DNA of 64,000 bases from Candidatus Aminicenantes bacterium (GCA_963783665.1 CAWANZ010000002.1:971701-1035700); one strand, 5' to 3'; positions 1 to 12,060 are shown, numbered from the stretch's first letter. Numbers and translations: made by a program. The notes: generated by a model from the letters alone, not told the origin.

Positions 1-294
1 GCGGACCACGACGCCGTGATCAAAGAAATTCACCGGGTTCTCCGGCCGGGCGGACGGTTGTTGATCTGGGACGTCATTTTTCCGGCGAAAACCGAAGCCG
101 CGGCGCCCGGCGTTTCGTACCCCATCCACATCAAGCTTCCCGGAAAAGACATTAATACCGGATACGGCGTAACCTGCCGCGAAGGCCAGGGTTCGGCCCA
201 TTTCGTCGAGACGGCCAAGGCCGCCGGATTCGAGGTTGTCGCGGTCAAGGACGAGACCGGCTGGTTTTATCTGGAATTGAGGAAACCGGTCTGA
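1..294 (+). CDS. SAM-dependent methyltransferase, C-terminal fragment; the gene starts upstream of the window
   Basis: The frame is open from base 1 to a stop at 292-294. The segment VLRPGGRLLIWDV is typical of the C-terminal part of class I (Methyltransf_11-like) methyltransferases. Confidence 0.55.
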   Translation, partial: ADHDAVIKEIHRVLRPGGRLLIWDVIFPAKTEAAAPGVSYPIHIKLPGKDINTGYGVTCREGQGSAHFVETAKAAGFEVVAVKDETGWFYLELRKPV

Positions 295-355
295 AGCTCC
301 GGGCTCTCCGCCGACTCCATTTCTTCGCGGCACTTGTGGTATTCTTTTTTCAGCC

Positions 356-2315
356 ATGGACGAAGCCTCCGTTCTCACCACCCTCGTCCTGATCCTGGGC
401 GTCGCCCTGGTCGTCGTGGCCCTCAGCCAGCGCCTGAAGGTCATGTCCGTCGTCGGATTCATGGTCACGGGCATCCTGCTCGGGCCGACGGGAATCGGCC
501 TGGTTAAAAACGACGCCACGATCACCCTCCTCGCCGATATCGGGGTGATCATGCTCCTTTTCGTCATCGGCTTGGAGTTCTCCCTCCGGAAAATCATGGA
601 AATCCGGAAAGATTTTCTCCTGGGAGGGATTCTCCAGGTCGGCCTGACCACGACCGCGGCCACGCTTCTGCTCGTTTGGCTTGGGCTGGGCCTGCCCGAG
701 GCCCTGGCCATCGGATTCATCATCTCCAACAACTCCATGGCCGTCCTGATCAAGGTGCTGGCCGAACGCGGGGAAACGGACGCCCCCCACGGCCGCTCCG
801 TCATGGCCCTTTCCCTATTCAATGACCTGGCCGCCATCCCCATGATCGCCCTGATTCCGCTGCTTCGCGGCGGCCGGGGAGGCGTCGGGCCGGTCGCCCT
901 GAAATTCGGCTGGAGCATCGCCGGTATCGCCGCCGCTTTCATCGTCTTCCGCATCCTCGTTCCCCGGGCCCTCGATTGGGTGATGCGGACCCGGGTCAGG
1001 GAGCTCTTCATCCTCGCCTCGCTCTTTACCTGCCTGGGACTGGCCTTGATATCCTCTGCCCTGGGCTTGTCGATGGCTCTGGGGGCATTCCTCGCCGGTT
1101 TGATCGTCGCCGATTCGCCATATGCCCATCAATCGGCGGCCGACATCTTGCCCTTTCGAGATGTCTTCATCAGCCTTTTCTTCGTTTCCATCGGGCTTCT
1201 GCTCGACCTGCGGGTTCTCAGCGGGATGGTCTGGATCGCGGCGGCCATGGCCGCAGGCGTGTTCGTTCTCAAGGCCTTGGTCAATTTCCTCACGCTGAGG
1301 ATCCTCGGCCGGAGGCCGCGGGGTGCGCTCATCGGGGCGATCGGATTGGCCCAAGTCGGCGAATTCTCCTTCGTCCTGGCCGGAGCGGCCCGGGCCCAGG
1401 GTTTCATGGCCGGGCCGGGATTCCAACTGTTCCTGTCATCGGCCATCCTGACCATGATCGCCACGCCATTTCTCCTCCGGGCGGCCGACGCGGCAACCGA
1501 CAGGCTGAGCCGGACTTCGGCAAAGCGTTCCGGCGCCAAGCCTATGGAGAGCGACGTTTCGGCCGGATTGAAAGATCACGTCGTGATCGCCGGCTTCGGC
1601 CTGAATGGGCAGAATCTCGGCCGCGTTCTCCGAACGGCCGGAATCCCCCACCTGGTCATCGACCTCGACCCGAATCTGATCCGGAAAGCCGCCGAAGACG
1701 GCGAGACATGCCTCTTTGGCGACGTCTGCCGGGCGGATATCCTCCGGCGGGCCGGGGTGAAACGGGCCAAGATCATCGTTTTTGCCATTTCCGACGCGAC
1801 GGCCACAAGGCGCGGCGTCCGGGCCGTCCGGTTCCTCGGCTCTTCCGCGCAAATCCTCGTCCGCACCAGGTACGTCTCGGAAATCGACGAGCTGTACGCG
1901 TCCGGGGCCGACATCGTCATCCCCGAAGAATTCGAAACCTCGATCGAGATCTTTTCCCGGGTTCTCGAGGCTTACCATATCCCCAAGAATGTCGTCGACG
2001 CCGAGGTCAAGGTCATCCGGGCGGAGCGATACGGCGTACTGCGGGCGACGGGCTCGATCCGGCCATCGATGGAAAAGATCGCCGACCTTCTGACGGCCGG
2101 AACGGCCGAGACGTTTTATATCGGTACAGGATTGTCCGGTCGCGGGACTGACCCTGGCCCAGATCGATTTGCGGGCCAGAACCGGGGCGACGGTCATCGC
2201 CGTCGTCCGGGGCGACGATTCGTTCACCGGTCCGGCCGCCGATTTCGTGATCGAAGCGGGTGACACGCTCGTCCTCGTCGCAAGCCACGCCGCCATGGAC
2301 GCGCCTTCCGAATAG
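356..2315 (+). CDS. kefB: Kef-type monovalent cation:proton antiporter (CPA2) with TrkA-N and TrkA-C (RCK) domains; the reading frame changes near 2118-2140
   Basis: The N-terminus has about 12 predicted TM helices and a Na_H-exchanger-like sequence. A Rossmann TrkA-N motif (VVIAGFGLNGQNLGRVL) follows. After a frame change, the C-terminal RCK_C-like segment (GLTLAQIDLRARTGATVIAVVRGDD...GDTLVLVAS) reads cleanly to a stop at 2313-2315. The listed ORF 356..2263 runs out of frame after about 2120. Confidence 0.8.
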
Positions 2316-2371
2316 GGCTCATGCGCCGCGCGGGCGACCGCCGCTCGCGCGGATCCGATCAAAACGGCTGA

Positions 2372-3272
2372 TCACTCGTAAAAGGCGCCGGTATCGATCC
2401 AGTCCTTTTTCAGCACGGACCAGAAATCCTCGGCCAGGCCCCGCCGGACATATTCGTAGGGCAGCCAGCCATATCCTTTTTCGCCCCAGCCCTCCCCCCA
2501 GGAATTGCGGATGAGGAGGCGCCCCGGTCGCTCGGCTTTCTCCCGGTCTTTCCCCGTATTTGATTTTGATTCGGTCGTCATAGCCCACGGCGACAACGGC
2601 ATGTCCGCCCAGAATGCGCTCCTTCGGGCCGGGGAACGGGATCGCCCCCCGGGCGTCCGCCGTTTCGATCGAGCTGTAAACAGTGAACCCGAACATCGAC
2701 GGATGCCCGGAGACAAGGTGGGCTTTGATCCGGTCGAGGGTCTCCGCCGCGGGATTCCCGGGGAGATCGTGGCGGAAGTATTGGATCGTCTTGAAGTTCT
2801 GGGCGAACGCATAGCAGAAGGACGGCGGCTCGCGGTCGAACGCGTCCGGGCCGTCGTCGTACGGCCAGTGCTCCTCGGGCGGCACGCCGAACAGGACCAT
2901 GGCTCCGATCGTCGTCCGGAGGTAGGCCCCGGTATCGCCTTCGACCTTCATCAGGTTGCGGGCCGCCTTGTAGAGAAAGAGCCGGGAGGCGTCCAGGTGC
3001 CGACCGAAGGCCCGGCGCTCATAGTATTCGATGACCCCGATGCCGGCGTTGGCCGTGCACGAGCCGAGACCGCCCTGGTCCTCGACGGGCGGGCAAGCGG
3101 CCCGGAGGTCGACCGAAGCCGGCGCGGGCTTCCCGCCTTCCGACGGCCCGCAAATTTTCCGCCCCGGTGGCCGCCCGGGTATCAACACGCCGCGAACGAC
3201 GGCGTGATCCTGCGAGATAATCCCGGAAATCCGGGAATGTCCGGAATCCAGCCAAAACATGCGACGGGACAT
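2372..3272 (-). CDS. papain-like cysteine peptidase (family C1); frame change near 2520-2545
   Basis: All three catalytic-region motifs are present: QGGLGSCTANAG (Cys), GGHAVVAVGYDD (His) and NSWGEGWGEKGYGWLPYEYV (Asn/Trp). The first two lie in ORF 2319..3419 and the last in ORF 2372..2812, so a single frame change joins them. The start is chosen at MSRRMFW (3272); an alternative start is at 3260. Confidence 0.65.
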
Positions 3273-3371
3273 CAGAGATCTCCTTCTTCCTGAACGCGGT
3301 CTTCGCCAAATGAGTCGGGGATCGTCGGCGAAAAATGGAAACCGGCCGGCGGATGTGATAAAATCGAGTCC

Positions 3372-4139
3372 ATGGAAATCGAAGAATACCGGCGCCATTT
3401 CGAGCTCGAGGAATCCCACTGGTGGTTCCGGTCGCGCCGGGCCCTGGCTTTCCGGCTGATCGGCCGCCGGGTCCGGTCTTTACTCCCTTCGTCTCCGCGG
3501 CTCCTCGACGCCGGTTGCGGGACGGGCCTCAACCTCGCCCGCCTCGGCCAGTTCGGCCGGGCGTTCGGCTGCGACCTTGCGGCCGACGCCCTCGCCTTCT
3601 CCCGGGAACGGGGTTTGCGGCTCCTCGCCCGAGGGGACGTCAACCGGCTCCCCTACCTTTCCGGAAGCTTCGACCTCGTGACGTTCTTCGACGTCCTGTA
3701 TCACCGGGACATCCCCGACGATCTTGCGGTGCTGCGGGAGGCCGGGCGGGTCCTTCGCGACGGAGGATTCTGCCTGATTACCGACAGCGCCTTGGAAAAG
3801 CTCCGTGGGCCCCACGATGAAGCCCATCACGGCGCCCGCCGTTACGACAAGGCCGCGCTCCGGGCTAAGCTCGAAGCGGCCGGATTCGAGGTCGTCCATC
3901 TCACATATTTTTTCATGTCCACATATCCGGCGGTGTCCCTCCGCCGGCGGTTCGAGCGGCGGCGGGCCGCCCGCCGGCCGGAATATTCCGCCAAATCCGA
4001 TCTCGCCCTCAATCCGCGCTGGCTCGACGCGATGATGGCCGGTATCCTCAACCTGGAAGCCCGGCTGGCCGCCCGCCGGCCGCTTCCTGTCGGAAGCTCG
4101 ATCGTCGCCCTGGCGGTCAAGCGCCGGGGCCCGGATTGA
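3372..4139 (+). CDS. class I SAM-dependent methyltransferase (Methyltransf_11/25-like)
   Basis: Intact 255-aa ORF. Motif I is LLDAGCGTGLNLARL, with an acidic residue after beta-2 (GCDLA) and a later VLRDGGFCLI segment. Confidence 0.7.
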   Translation: MEIEEYRRHFELEESHWWFRSRRALAFRLIGRRVRSLLPSSPRLLDAGCGTGLNLARLGQFGRAFGCDLAADALAFSRERGLRLLARGDVNRLPYLSGSFDLVTFFDVLYHRDIPDDLAVLREAGRVLRDGGFCLITDSALEKLRGPHDEAHHGARRYDKAALRAKLEAAGFEVVHLTYFFMSTYPAVSLRRRFERRRAARRPEYSAKSDLALNPRWLDAMMAGILNLEARLAARRPLPVGSSIVALAVKRRGPD

Positions 4140-4212
4140 GAAATTTCTTAATCGAAACCTCCGTTTCTCGTATAATAGCGCCGGTTTTCATTTCAAGCGT
4201 AGGAGGGACGGC

Positions 4213-4932
4213 ATGAACATCTCCCGGTTCCGGTCGGCGGCCTTCGTCGGGCTTTGCGGAATCTTGCTCGCGGCGGCGCCGCTTTCGGCGCAATTCGAGT
4301 TCCAGGCGGACGTCATGTCCAAATATATCTGGCGCGGATTCGATCTTTATTCGAACAATAACCCCGCCTTCCAGCCGTCGCTGACCTATAGCTTCGGGGA
4401 ATCCGGTTTCTCGGTGAACGTCTGGACAAGCTTCGCCCTCGGAGAGCGGGAGTATTATAAAGACTATGACGAGATCGACCTGACCCTGGATTATGCCTTT
4501 TCCCTTTCGGACAATGTCGACATGTCCGTTGGCTTCATCCAATACGGTTATTATTTCGGAGGGAAGGACGTTTATAAGGAAGCCACGACCCAGGAGTTCT
4601 ACCTCTCGGCCGGGCTTCCGAACGCCTTCCTGGCTCCCAATCTCACGGTCTTTTATGACGTGAACGTGGGTTCGGGGCTCTACGTGATGCTTCAGGGAAC
4701 GCACTCCATCCCGTTGTCGGAAACGATCGGGCTGGATCTGACCGCCTGTCTCGGCTATAACGGAAAACAATTTATCGAAGAAAGCGGCTTCTCCGACCTG
4801 ATGTTCAAAGCGTCATTCCCGATCAAGATCGGAGACTGGACGATCGCCCCGCAAATCAACTATACGTTTGTTTTCCTCGAAGCGATCAACGACGAAAACG
4901 AGTTCTGGTTCGGGATCTCCGTGATCCGCTAG
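4213..4932 (+). CDS. putative outer-membrane beta-barrel protein with a signal peptide
   Basis: Intact ORF. N-terminal signal (AFVGLCGILLAAAPLSAQ). Alternating aromatic/polar pattern. RBS AGGAGGGA lies at 4200-4207. A -10-like TATAAT lies at 4172-4177. Confidence 0.45.
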   Translation: MNISRFRSAAFVGLCGILLAAAPLSAQFEFQADVMSKYIWRGFDLYSNNNPAFQPSLTYSFGESGFSVNVWTSFALGEREYYKDYDEIDLTLDYAFSLSDNVDMSVGFIQYGYYFGGKDVYKEATTQEFYLSAGLPNAFLAPNLTVFYDVNVGSGLYVMLQGTHSIPLSETIGLDLTACLGYNGKQFIEESGFSDLMFKASFPIKIGDWTIAPQINYTFVFLEAINDENEFWFGISVIR

Positions 4933-4944
4933 AAACCGGACGGG

Positions 4945-5970
4945 TCAGAACTTCACCTCTTCGAACTTGGCCTTGGTTTTCAAGCCGTTGATGTATTCGT
5001 CGTAAGCGCCGGCTTGCTTGGCCTGCTTGAGCTGGGTTTCGAGCTGGGCCTTAACCGTCTCGAAGGGCTCGGTTTCCTTGGCCCGGCTTTCGATCTTGAG
5101 GACATGGAAGCCGAACCGCGTTTGGACGATGTCGCTGATCTGCCCGACCGGGCACGGTGAAGGCGGCGTCTTCGAACTCCTTGACCATCGTGCCCCGGGG
5201 GAAGTTCTCATAAAGGCCGCCGTTATCCTTGGAGCCGGTGTCCTCGGTGAATTCCTTGGCCAGGGCGGCGAAATCCTCGCCCTTTTTGGCCCGGGCCAGG
5301 ATGCTCCTCCATCTTCTTCCGGATCGCCGGATCTCTTCGGCCGGCTTGTCCTGGGTCATGAGGAGGATGTGGCGGACGGTGGCCGTTTTGTCCTCGGCAT
5401 AAGCTTTCTTCAGCTCGTCGTCGCCGATTTGAATCGCATTGAGGACTTTCGCTTCGAGGAAGCCGCGGATCTGCTGGTCCTCGCCGATCGTCCTCTTGAC
5501 GAAGGCGATGTCGACGTTGTTGGTCTTCAGCATGTTCAGGAAGGCTTCCTCGCCGCCGGCCTGGGCGTACTGCTCGGCCAAGGCTTTCTCGATGTCCTCG
5601 GGCGTGACGGCGAATTTGGCCGCTTCGGCTTCGGCCGCCAGGAGGAGCCGGCGCTCGCCGATCTGGACGGCGGTCTGGGAGACGGCGGTCTTCAGAGTTT
5701 CCGGCGTCCCGGTCCTTGAGCCCGGCGGCCGCGCTGCCCATGGTTTCTGGATGACTTCGACCACGTCGCCGACCGTGACCGTGAACTTCTTGGCCGTGAA
5801 AAGGACCGCGTTCTTGTCCGGGTCGAAAGCCGGAACGACGGCCGCGAGATCCTTGGCCAGTGTATAGGCCGGGGTGCCTGCGACAAGCTTCGTCCCTCCG
5901 GTCTTCTTGGGGGCACAGGAAACGGCGGCCAGGGCCGCCAGGATCAGGAGCAAAACGAGATTTTTTTCAT
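4945..5970 (-). CDS. parvulin-type peptidyl-prolyl cis-trans isomerase (PpiC/SurA/PrsA-like) lipoprotein; two frame changes
   Basis: Parvulin core ATVRHILL...KGEDFAALAKEFTEDTGSKDNGGLYENFPRGTMVKEFEDAAF, then after a shift near 5150-5200 ISDIVQTRFGFHVLKIE. The ATG at 5970 is followed by a run of 7 T (5961-5967). An eighth T would give MKKNLVLLLILAALAAVSC, a lipoprotein signal with a lipobox-like AVSC. Confidence 0.75.
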
Positions 5971-6095
5971 GATGATCTCCTCGGTGGAAATCGTTCGGAA
6001 GGGGTAGTAAACCACATTCCGGCAAAAACAAAGAGGATCTTTGCCGAGAGCGGCGGCCATGGCGCGCCCCAATCCTTGTGATATAATCGCGCGGC

Positions 6096-8054
6096 CATGC
6101 TCACCCTGAAAGAGACCACTCTCGCGCCCGTGCTCGACGAACGGCCTCGAGGACCCTATCCGATCGCGCCCCGAAGACATCGACTTTCTCTACCCGCCGC
6201 AGGCCAAAATTCGGCGACATCGCCCTGTCCCTGCCCGATGCCGCCTGGCCAAGAAGCCTAGGAAAACCCGCGCAAGATCGCCCAGAAGATGATGGCCGAA
6301 ATCGGGGCGACTTCCCGGTGTCGCTCCGGATGGAAGTCGCCGGGGCCGGGCTTCATCAACTTGTTCCTGGACCGGGACGCCTTTTTCGCGGACCGCCTGG
6401 CCGCGCCGGACGGACCGCCCTCCGGCCCGACGAGCGAAAAATCATCGTCGAGCACACCAACATCAATCCCAATAAGGCCGCCCATATCGGCCATCTCCGC
6501 AACGCCTGCCTGGGCGACACCCTGGTCCGCTGCCTGCGCTTCAAGGGCGAGACCGTCGAAGTCCAGAACTACCTCGACGATACCGGCGTGCAGGTCGTGG
6601 ACGTCGTCTTCGGCTTGATGGAGCTCGAAGAGAAAACCGCTCGCCGACCTGGACGGCATCGAGCGGTTCGACTACTACTGCTGGGATCTTTATGCCCGGA
6701 CGGCCGCCTAGCTGGAATCGCCACGCCGCGAGAGCCAGGCCCGCAAAGCCGAGATTCTCAAGGGCATCGAGCACGGCCGGAAGCCGAGGCCGGAGCCATG
6801 GCCTTCGCCGTCTCGCGCCGGATCGCCCGGGCCCATCTGCGACCATGAAGCGGATCGGCGCGACCTATGACGTCCTGCCCTGCGAGAGCGAGCATCCTCG
6901 GCCTCAAGTTCTGGGAGCGGGCCTTCGCCCTGCTAAAGAGCGCCAGGCGCCATCACCCTGGCCGGGGAAGGCCCCAACGCCGGCTGCTGGGTCATGAAGT
7001 GGAGGACGAGGAGGACCGGGAAAAAATCATCGTCCGGAGCGACGGCACGGTGACCTATGTCGGCAAGGATATCGCCTACCAGATGTGGAAATTCGGCCTC
7101 CTCGGCCGGGACTTCTACTACGAGCCGTTCGCCGAGGACGAACGGCCGGACGCTCTGGATCCGACCGCGGAGCCCAACGACCGGACGATCGGGTTCGGCG
7201 GCGGCAGCCGGGTCTACAACGTGATCGACACCCGCCAGGCCTATCTCCAGAAGGTCGTCGTCCAGGGCCTGCGGGCCCTCCAGCTTCGAGGCCCAGGCCG
7301 CCAAGTCCATCCACTTTTCCTACGAGATGGTCGCCCTCTCGCTGCGGAGCCTTCAAATAGCTCGGGCTCGAAGCCGACGGCCGAGGAAGGCGAAGGGCTT
7401 CGTCGAGGTCTCCGGGCGGAAAGGGCTCGGCGTCAAGGCCGACGACCTCCTCGACCTCCTGGAACGGAAAGCCGGGGCCGAGGTGGACAAGCGCAATCCC
7501 GGAGATGCCGGAGGACGTCCGGCGGCGGACGGCCGCGGCAATCGCCCGCGGCGCGCTGCGGTATTTCATGCTGAAATTCGCCCGGAACTCCCTGATCGTC
7601 TTCGATGTCGACGACGCCTTGAGCTTCGAAGGCGAGACCGGGCCTTATCTCGATGTATACCGTCGTCCGGCTCAACAGCATCTTCCGCAAGCTCGGGGAG
7701 CGCGAAGGCCGCGGACGCGGCCGACCTCGGAGCCCGGAGCCGCCGCCGGCGCTGGCCGGCGTTCGGCCTCGTCACGGAGGCCGAGGGCGACGAGCTCTGG
7801 GACCTCGTCGGGACCGCGGCCGAAGATTCGAGGAGGAAGTCCTGCACTCCGTCGGCTCGCTCGAGTTTTCCCACCTGGCCAAGTTCGCCTTCCTCCTGTC
7901 CCAGAAAGCCAACGCCTATTACCACCGCCGCCCGGTCCTGGCCGAGGAGAACGCGGATATTAAAAACGTGAGGATTTGGGTGCTTGATTACGTTCGCGGA
8001 ATCCTCGCCAAAGCCCTTGGGTTGATGGGCCTCGACGTGCCCGAGAGGATGTGA
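6096..8054 (+). CDS. argS: arginyl-tRNA synthetase, split over at least five reading frames
   Basis: N-terminal additional-domain-like sequence, then NINPNKAAHIGHLRNA (the HIGH motif). The catalytic core in ORF 6867..7574 includes VRSDGTVTYVGKDIAYQ and FGGGSRVYNVIDTRQAYLQ. Anticodon-binding/DALR-like parts lie in ORFs 7505..7963 and 7653..8054, ending ...VPERM at the stop 8052-8054. Confidence 0.8.
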
Positions 8055-8065
8055 GGGAGGCCCGC

Positions 8066-10302
8066 ATGACCCAGAACCGCGTCCGCACGCTTCTCCTGGT
8101 CGAAGACGAGGTGATTGTCGCGCGCGTCGAAGCCAAACAGCTGACCGACCAGGGATACAAGGTCATCATCGTCTCACTCAGGGGAGGAAGCCCTCGATTT
8201 TATTCGGGAAAAAGCCGGGGACATCGACCTCATCCTGATGGACATCAACCTCGGCCGGGGCATGGACGGAACCCAGGCGGCCCGGGAGATCCTCAAGGAC
8301 CACGATATCCCGATCCTCTTCCTTTCGCCCACACGGAAAAGGAAATCGTCGAAAAAACCAGGGAAATCACCTCCTACGGATATGTCATCAAGGATTCCGG
8401 AATCACCGTCCTCCAGGCCTCCGTCGACATGGCCTTCAAGCTCCACAAAGCCCACCAGGAAACCCGGAAAGCGGAAGAACGGCTCCGGACAATGGAGCTC
8501 TTCAACTTCACTCTCTTTCAATACAATCCGATCCAAACCGTCATCGTCGACCGGGAAGGCCGGGTGGTGAAATCCAATCTGGCCAAAATGCACTCGGGCG
8601 ACCGCCTCCCGAAAATCGGCGATCTCATGTACCGGGACTATGCCGGGAAGCACACGATCGACATGCACGAGGCGCTGATGGCCTGCCTCACATCCGGGAA
8701 GCCGGCTCGCTTCTCCGCTCTTCCCTACGCCGGGAAAATCCTCGACATCGCCATCGCCCCGTTCACCGAAGGGGCGATCATCACCTCCGAGGATATTACC
8801 GAAAAGGCCAACGCCCAGGAAAAAATCCGCCTGAGCGAACAACGGCTGACCTTGGCCCAGCAGGCGGCGGGAGCCGGCGTCTGGAACTGGGACCGGCTCA
8901 CCAGCCGCTTGGTCATGTCTCCCGAGCTCTATGCCCTCCTCGGGCGAAGCCCGGAGACCGACGAAGACGCCCTCTTCGATCTGGACCAAATCCGTCCACC
9001 CCGAAGACCGGAAAGCCCTGGCCCGGAGCTTCGATGACGCGGCCCGGAACAAGATCCCGATCGATACCGAGTACCGGATCATCCGGCCCGACGGCCGAAC
9101 CCGCTGGATGCGGGCGATGGGGAACGCCGCTTACGATGCGTCCGGCAAGGCGACCCGGCTGGACGGCATCAGCCTCGACATCACGGACTTCAAATTCCGG
9201 GAAAACCTCCGGACCGCGGTTTACGAGATATCCGAGGTCGCCCTCCAGGCGGAAACGCTGGAGGAGATTTTCCGGTCCCTTCACCAGATCGTCAGCACCC
9301 TGATGTCGGCGGAAAATTTCTACATCGCCCTGTACGACCCGGAAAAGAAGCTGATCAGCTTCCCCTATTTCGTCGACGAATACGACGAGCCGCCGCAACC
9401 GCAGCCCGTCGGCCGGGGCTTGACCGAATACGTGCTGTTCCGCGGCGAGCCGCTCCACGTCAACGCCCAGCAGAGCGATAAGCTGGAGCGAGCCGGGGAG
9501 GTCGTCCTGGTCGGAGCCCCTTCGGCCGACTGGTTGGGCGTTCCCTTGAAAATCCGCAGCCAGACAATCGGGGTCATGGCCGTTCAGACCTATGTCGCCG
9601 GGGCCTTTTTCGAAGAAGAGGACCAGGACATGCTGATGTTCGTCTCCGGCCAGGCGGCCGCGGCCATCGAGCGGAAACGGCATGAACAGGCCCTCCAGAA
9701 GCTCGTGAAGCAGAAAGAGGTCCTGATGCGGGAGCTCCAGCACCGGACCAAGAACAGCCTCGCTCTCGTTTCCAGCCTGCTCGGATTGGAGAAGGAGAAC
9801 CTGTCCGATCCCCGGTCCCGGGAGATCTTTTCCAAAACCCGCTCGCGGATCGGCTCGATCGCCTCGATGTACGAACGGCTGATCCGATGCCGTCGATTAC
9901 AGGAACATCCATCTCCATCTCTATGTCCAGGAGATCTCCGAAACCGTGTTCCGGTCCTTCGCCCCGGAAACCGGAAGAATCAAGCTGAAAACCAAGCTTG
10001 AGGAGATGACCCTCGACCCCAAACGGGCGGTCTCCGTCGGGTCTGATCCTCAACGAGCTGGTGATGAATTCCCTCAAATACGGCTTCCCGGCCGACAGCA
10101 CCGGGGAGATCTCGATCGAGCTGAAGAGAGCCGGACAACCGGATCGTCCTCGTCGTCGAAGACTACGGGCGTCGGATTCCCCAAGGATTTCGACATCAAG
10201 AACGCCACGAGCACGGGCTTGAGCATCATCCGGATCTTGACCGAACAGCTCGACGGGCGAAATGAAATTCCAGGCCGGGACCCGGTTCCCGGACGGAGCT
10301 GA
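8066..10302 (+). CDS. hybrid sensor histidine kinase: receiver, PAS/PAC, GAF, HisKA_2 and HATPase_c domains; at least three frame changes
   Basis: GAGGGAGG RBS at 8054-8061, then ATG 8066. Receiver: RTLLLVEDEVIVARVE ... LILMDINLGRGMDG (in ORF 8238..8570). PAS/PAC: EYRIIRPDGRTRWMRAMG. GAF: WLGVPLKIRSQTIGVMAVQT. HisKA_2: LQHRTKNSLALVSSLLGLE. HATPase_c: GLILNELVMNSLKYGF ... GVGFPKDFDIKNATSTGLSIIRIL, ending at 10302. Confidence 0.75.
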
Positions 10303-10334
10303 GCTTCGACGCTTGAGAGGGGCGCGGCGCTGAC

Positions 10335-11574
10335 GTGACCGACCCTTTCCCGGCCCGGCTTCTTCGCTGGTATGCCTCCCATAAACGCGACCTGCCCTGG
10401 CGGAGGACCAAAGATCCCTATCGCGTCTGGGTTTCGGAGATCATGCTCCAACAGACCACGGTCGGAGCGGTGATCCCCTATTACCGAAAATGGCTGACCG
10501 CCTACCCCAACCCGGCGTCTCTGGCCCGAGCGCCCCTCCACGACATTCTGAAATCATGGGAAGGGCTGGGATACTATCAACGCGCCCGGAACATGCGGCT
10601 GACCGCCGGCCGGCTCGTCCGGGACTTCGGCGGCCGCTTTCCCGGGATCCGGAAATCCTGGCCGGGCTCCCGGGCTTCGGGCCGTACACGACGGCCGCCG
10701 TCGCCAGCATTTGTTTCGACCGTCCCCTTCCGGTCGTCGAGGCCAATGTCCGCCGGGTCATGATGCGCCTGCGCGGCATCCGTGGCCGGGGCGGGCCGGC
10801 CGTCGATTCCCGCATCCTCCGGACGTTCTGGAACGGGTTATCTCCCGGCGGTCGCCGGGGAACTTCAACCAGGCGATGATGGAATGGGGGGCGCTGGTCT
10901 GCCGGCCGAAATCCGCTCTGCCTCCGCTGCCCCGGACGGACGGTTTGCCGGGCCTATGCCCGCGGGGAGCAGGAGGTCATCCCGGCGCCGAAAACGCTCC
11001 GCGCCGCGACATGTCGAAGCCGTCGTCGCCGTCCTCCGGGACGGCGACCGCGTTCTTATCCAACAGCGGCCGGCGGAAGGGTTATTGGCCGGGCTTTGGG
11101 AATTCCCGGGGGAAAAGTCGAACCCGGGGAAACGCTGCGAGCGGCCCTCGCCCGGGAAATTCGGGAGGAGCTCGGCCTGGAATCGAATCGGTCCGGCCCT
11201 TGATCACCGTCCGGCACGCCTATACCCGCTACGCGGTCACCCTGCACGCTTTCGAAGCGAAACCCGCCGGCGGCCCGAAGGCCGTCTGTCCGGCAAACCG
11301 GCCCGTCCGCTGGGTCGCCGTAAAATCGCTGGATCGATATCCCTTCCCCTCGGGCAGCCTAAAAATCCTCCGCTTCCTCCAAACCCACGATTTTCCGGAA
11401 CCTGAGTCCGCCAATCAGAATTTTTCTAAGGAATCGAGTTCCGATGTTTGTTTTCGGCTCGGCGCATTCGGTCGGATACCTGTAACCGGAACGAACATCG
11501 TCCGGATCAGGCTTTTCTCTGATGCCGGGTTGGCAGAGCCTGGCTCGAGAAGCCGGCCGAGCGAAGATGTTTGA
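10335..11574 (+). CDS. mutY: A/G-specific adenine DNA glycosylase; multiple frame changes; the 3' end is uncertain (a stop at 11405 is also possible)
   Basis: HhH-GPD N-terminus: LLRWYASHKRDLPWRRTKDPYRVWVSEIMLQQTTVGAVIPYY ... LGYYQRARN. FeS-cluster region: NFNQAMMEWGALVCRPKS. NUDIX-like C-terminal domain: VEAVVAVLRDGDRVLIQQRPAEGLLAGLWEFPGGK ... VRWVAVKSLDRYPFPSGSLKILRFLQ. The parts lie in ORFs 10335..10763, 10490..10879, 10711..11574 and 10782..11405. Confidence 0.7.
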
Positions 11575-11733
11575 GCGTCCCGCCGCCTCGAACCGTAAGA
11601 AGGTCTCCCGGGACGCGAGTTCTTCGCCGCCAATCCAGGCCAATCAAGAAAAGCCGTTGAGATCCGGGCGCGTGAGCGAAGGTTGCAGTGACGGCCGATA
11701 AGCCGAGCCGCAATCAACTTACGGTCAGGAAAA

Positions 11734-12060
11734 TTACCCGATCTGGACGGCGGTTCCGGAAACCGAAACCATCAGCATGCCGTTGGTCTGCCCGAGGACT
11801 TCGTAATCCAGGTCGACTCCGACCACGGCGTTGGCCCCGATCTGGGCGGCCCGCTGGCTCATTTCCTGGAGGGCGATATCGCGGGCGTTCTGGAGCTCGC
11901 GCTCATAGGTCGCCGAGCGGCCGCCGACCATGTCCCGGATGCCGGCAAAAAGGTCCTTGAACAGATTGGCCCCCATGATGGCCTCTCCGGTGACGATCCC
12001 CAGGTATTCGGCGATCGATTTGCCTTCCACCGACGGTGTCGTCGTGACAATCATGGACAA
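11734..12060 (-). CDS. YbjQ/UPF0145 (DUF74) family protein
   Basis: Intact 108-aa ORF with family-typical length and sequence ([34 protein letters not shown] ... [14 protein letters not shown]). Confidence 0.75.
   Translation of the reverse strand: MSMIVTTTPSVEGKSIAEYLGIVTGEAIMGANLFKDLFAGIRDMVGGRSATYERELQNARDIALQEMSQRAAQIGANAVVGVDLDYEVLGQTNGMLMVSVSGTAVQIG

Noticed and set aside
350-2362. Long overlapping ORFs antisense to or out of frame with kefB (350..790 -, 815..1426 -, 976..2151 +, 1129..1539 -, 1436..2362 -).
   Set aside because: They are Arg/Pro/Gly-rich translations of the wrong frame in about 67% GC DNA. No motifs are present, and the sense frame has a clear transporter sequence. 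The same applies to most listed ORFs that overlap annotated genes elsewhere in the window.
4117-4770. ORF 4117..4770 (-), 217 aa.
   Set aside because: It overlaps the signal-peptide-bearing outer-membrane protein gene on the other strand. It has no motifs, and its composition is typical of an antisense frame.
11688-11960. ORF 11688..11960 (+).
   Set aside because: It is antisense to the well-conserved YbjQ-family gene and has Arg/Pro-rich composition typical of spurious high-GC ORFs.
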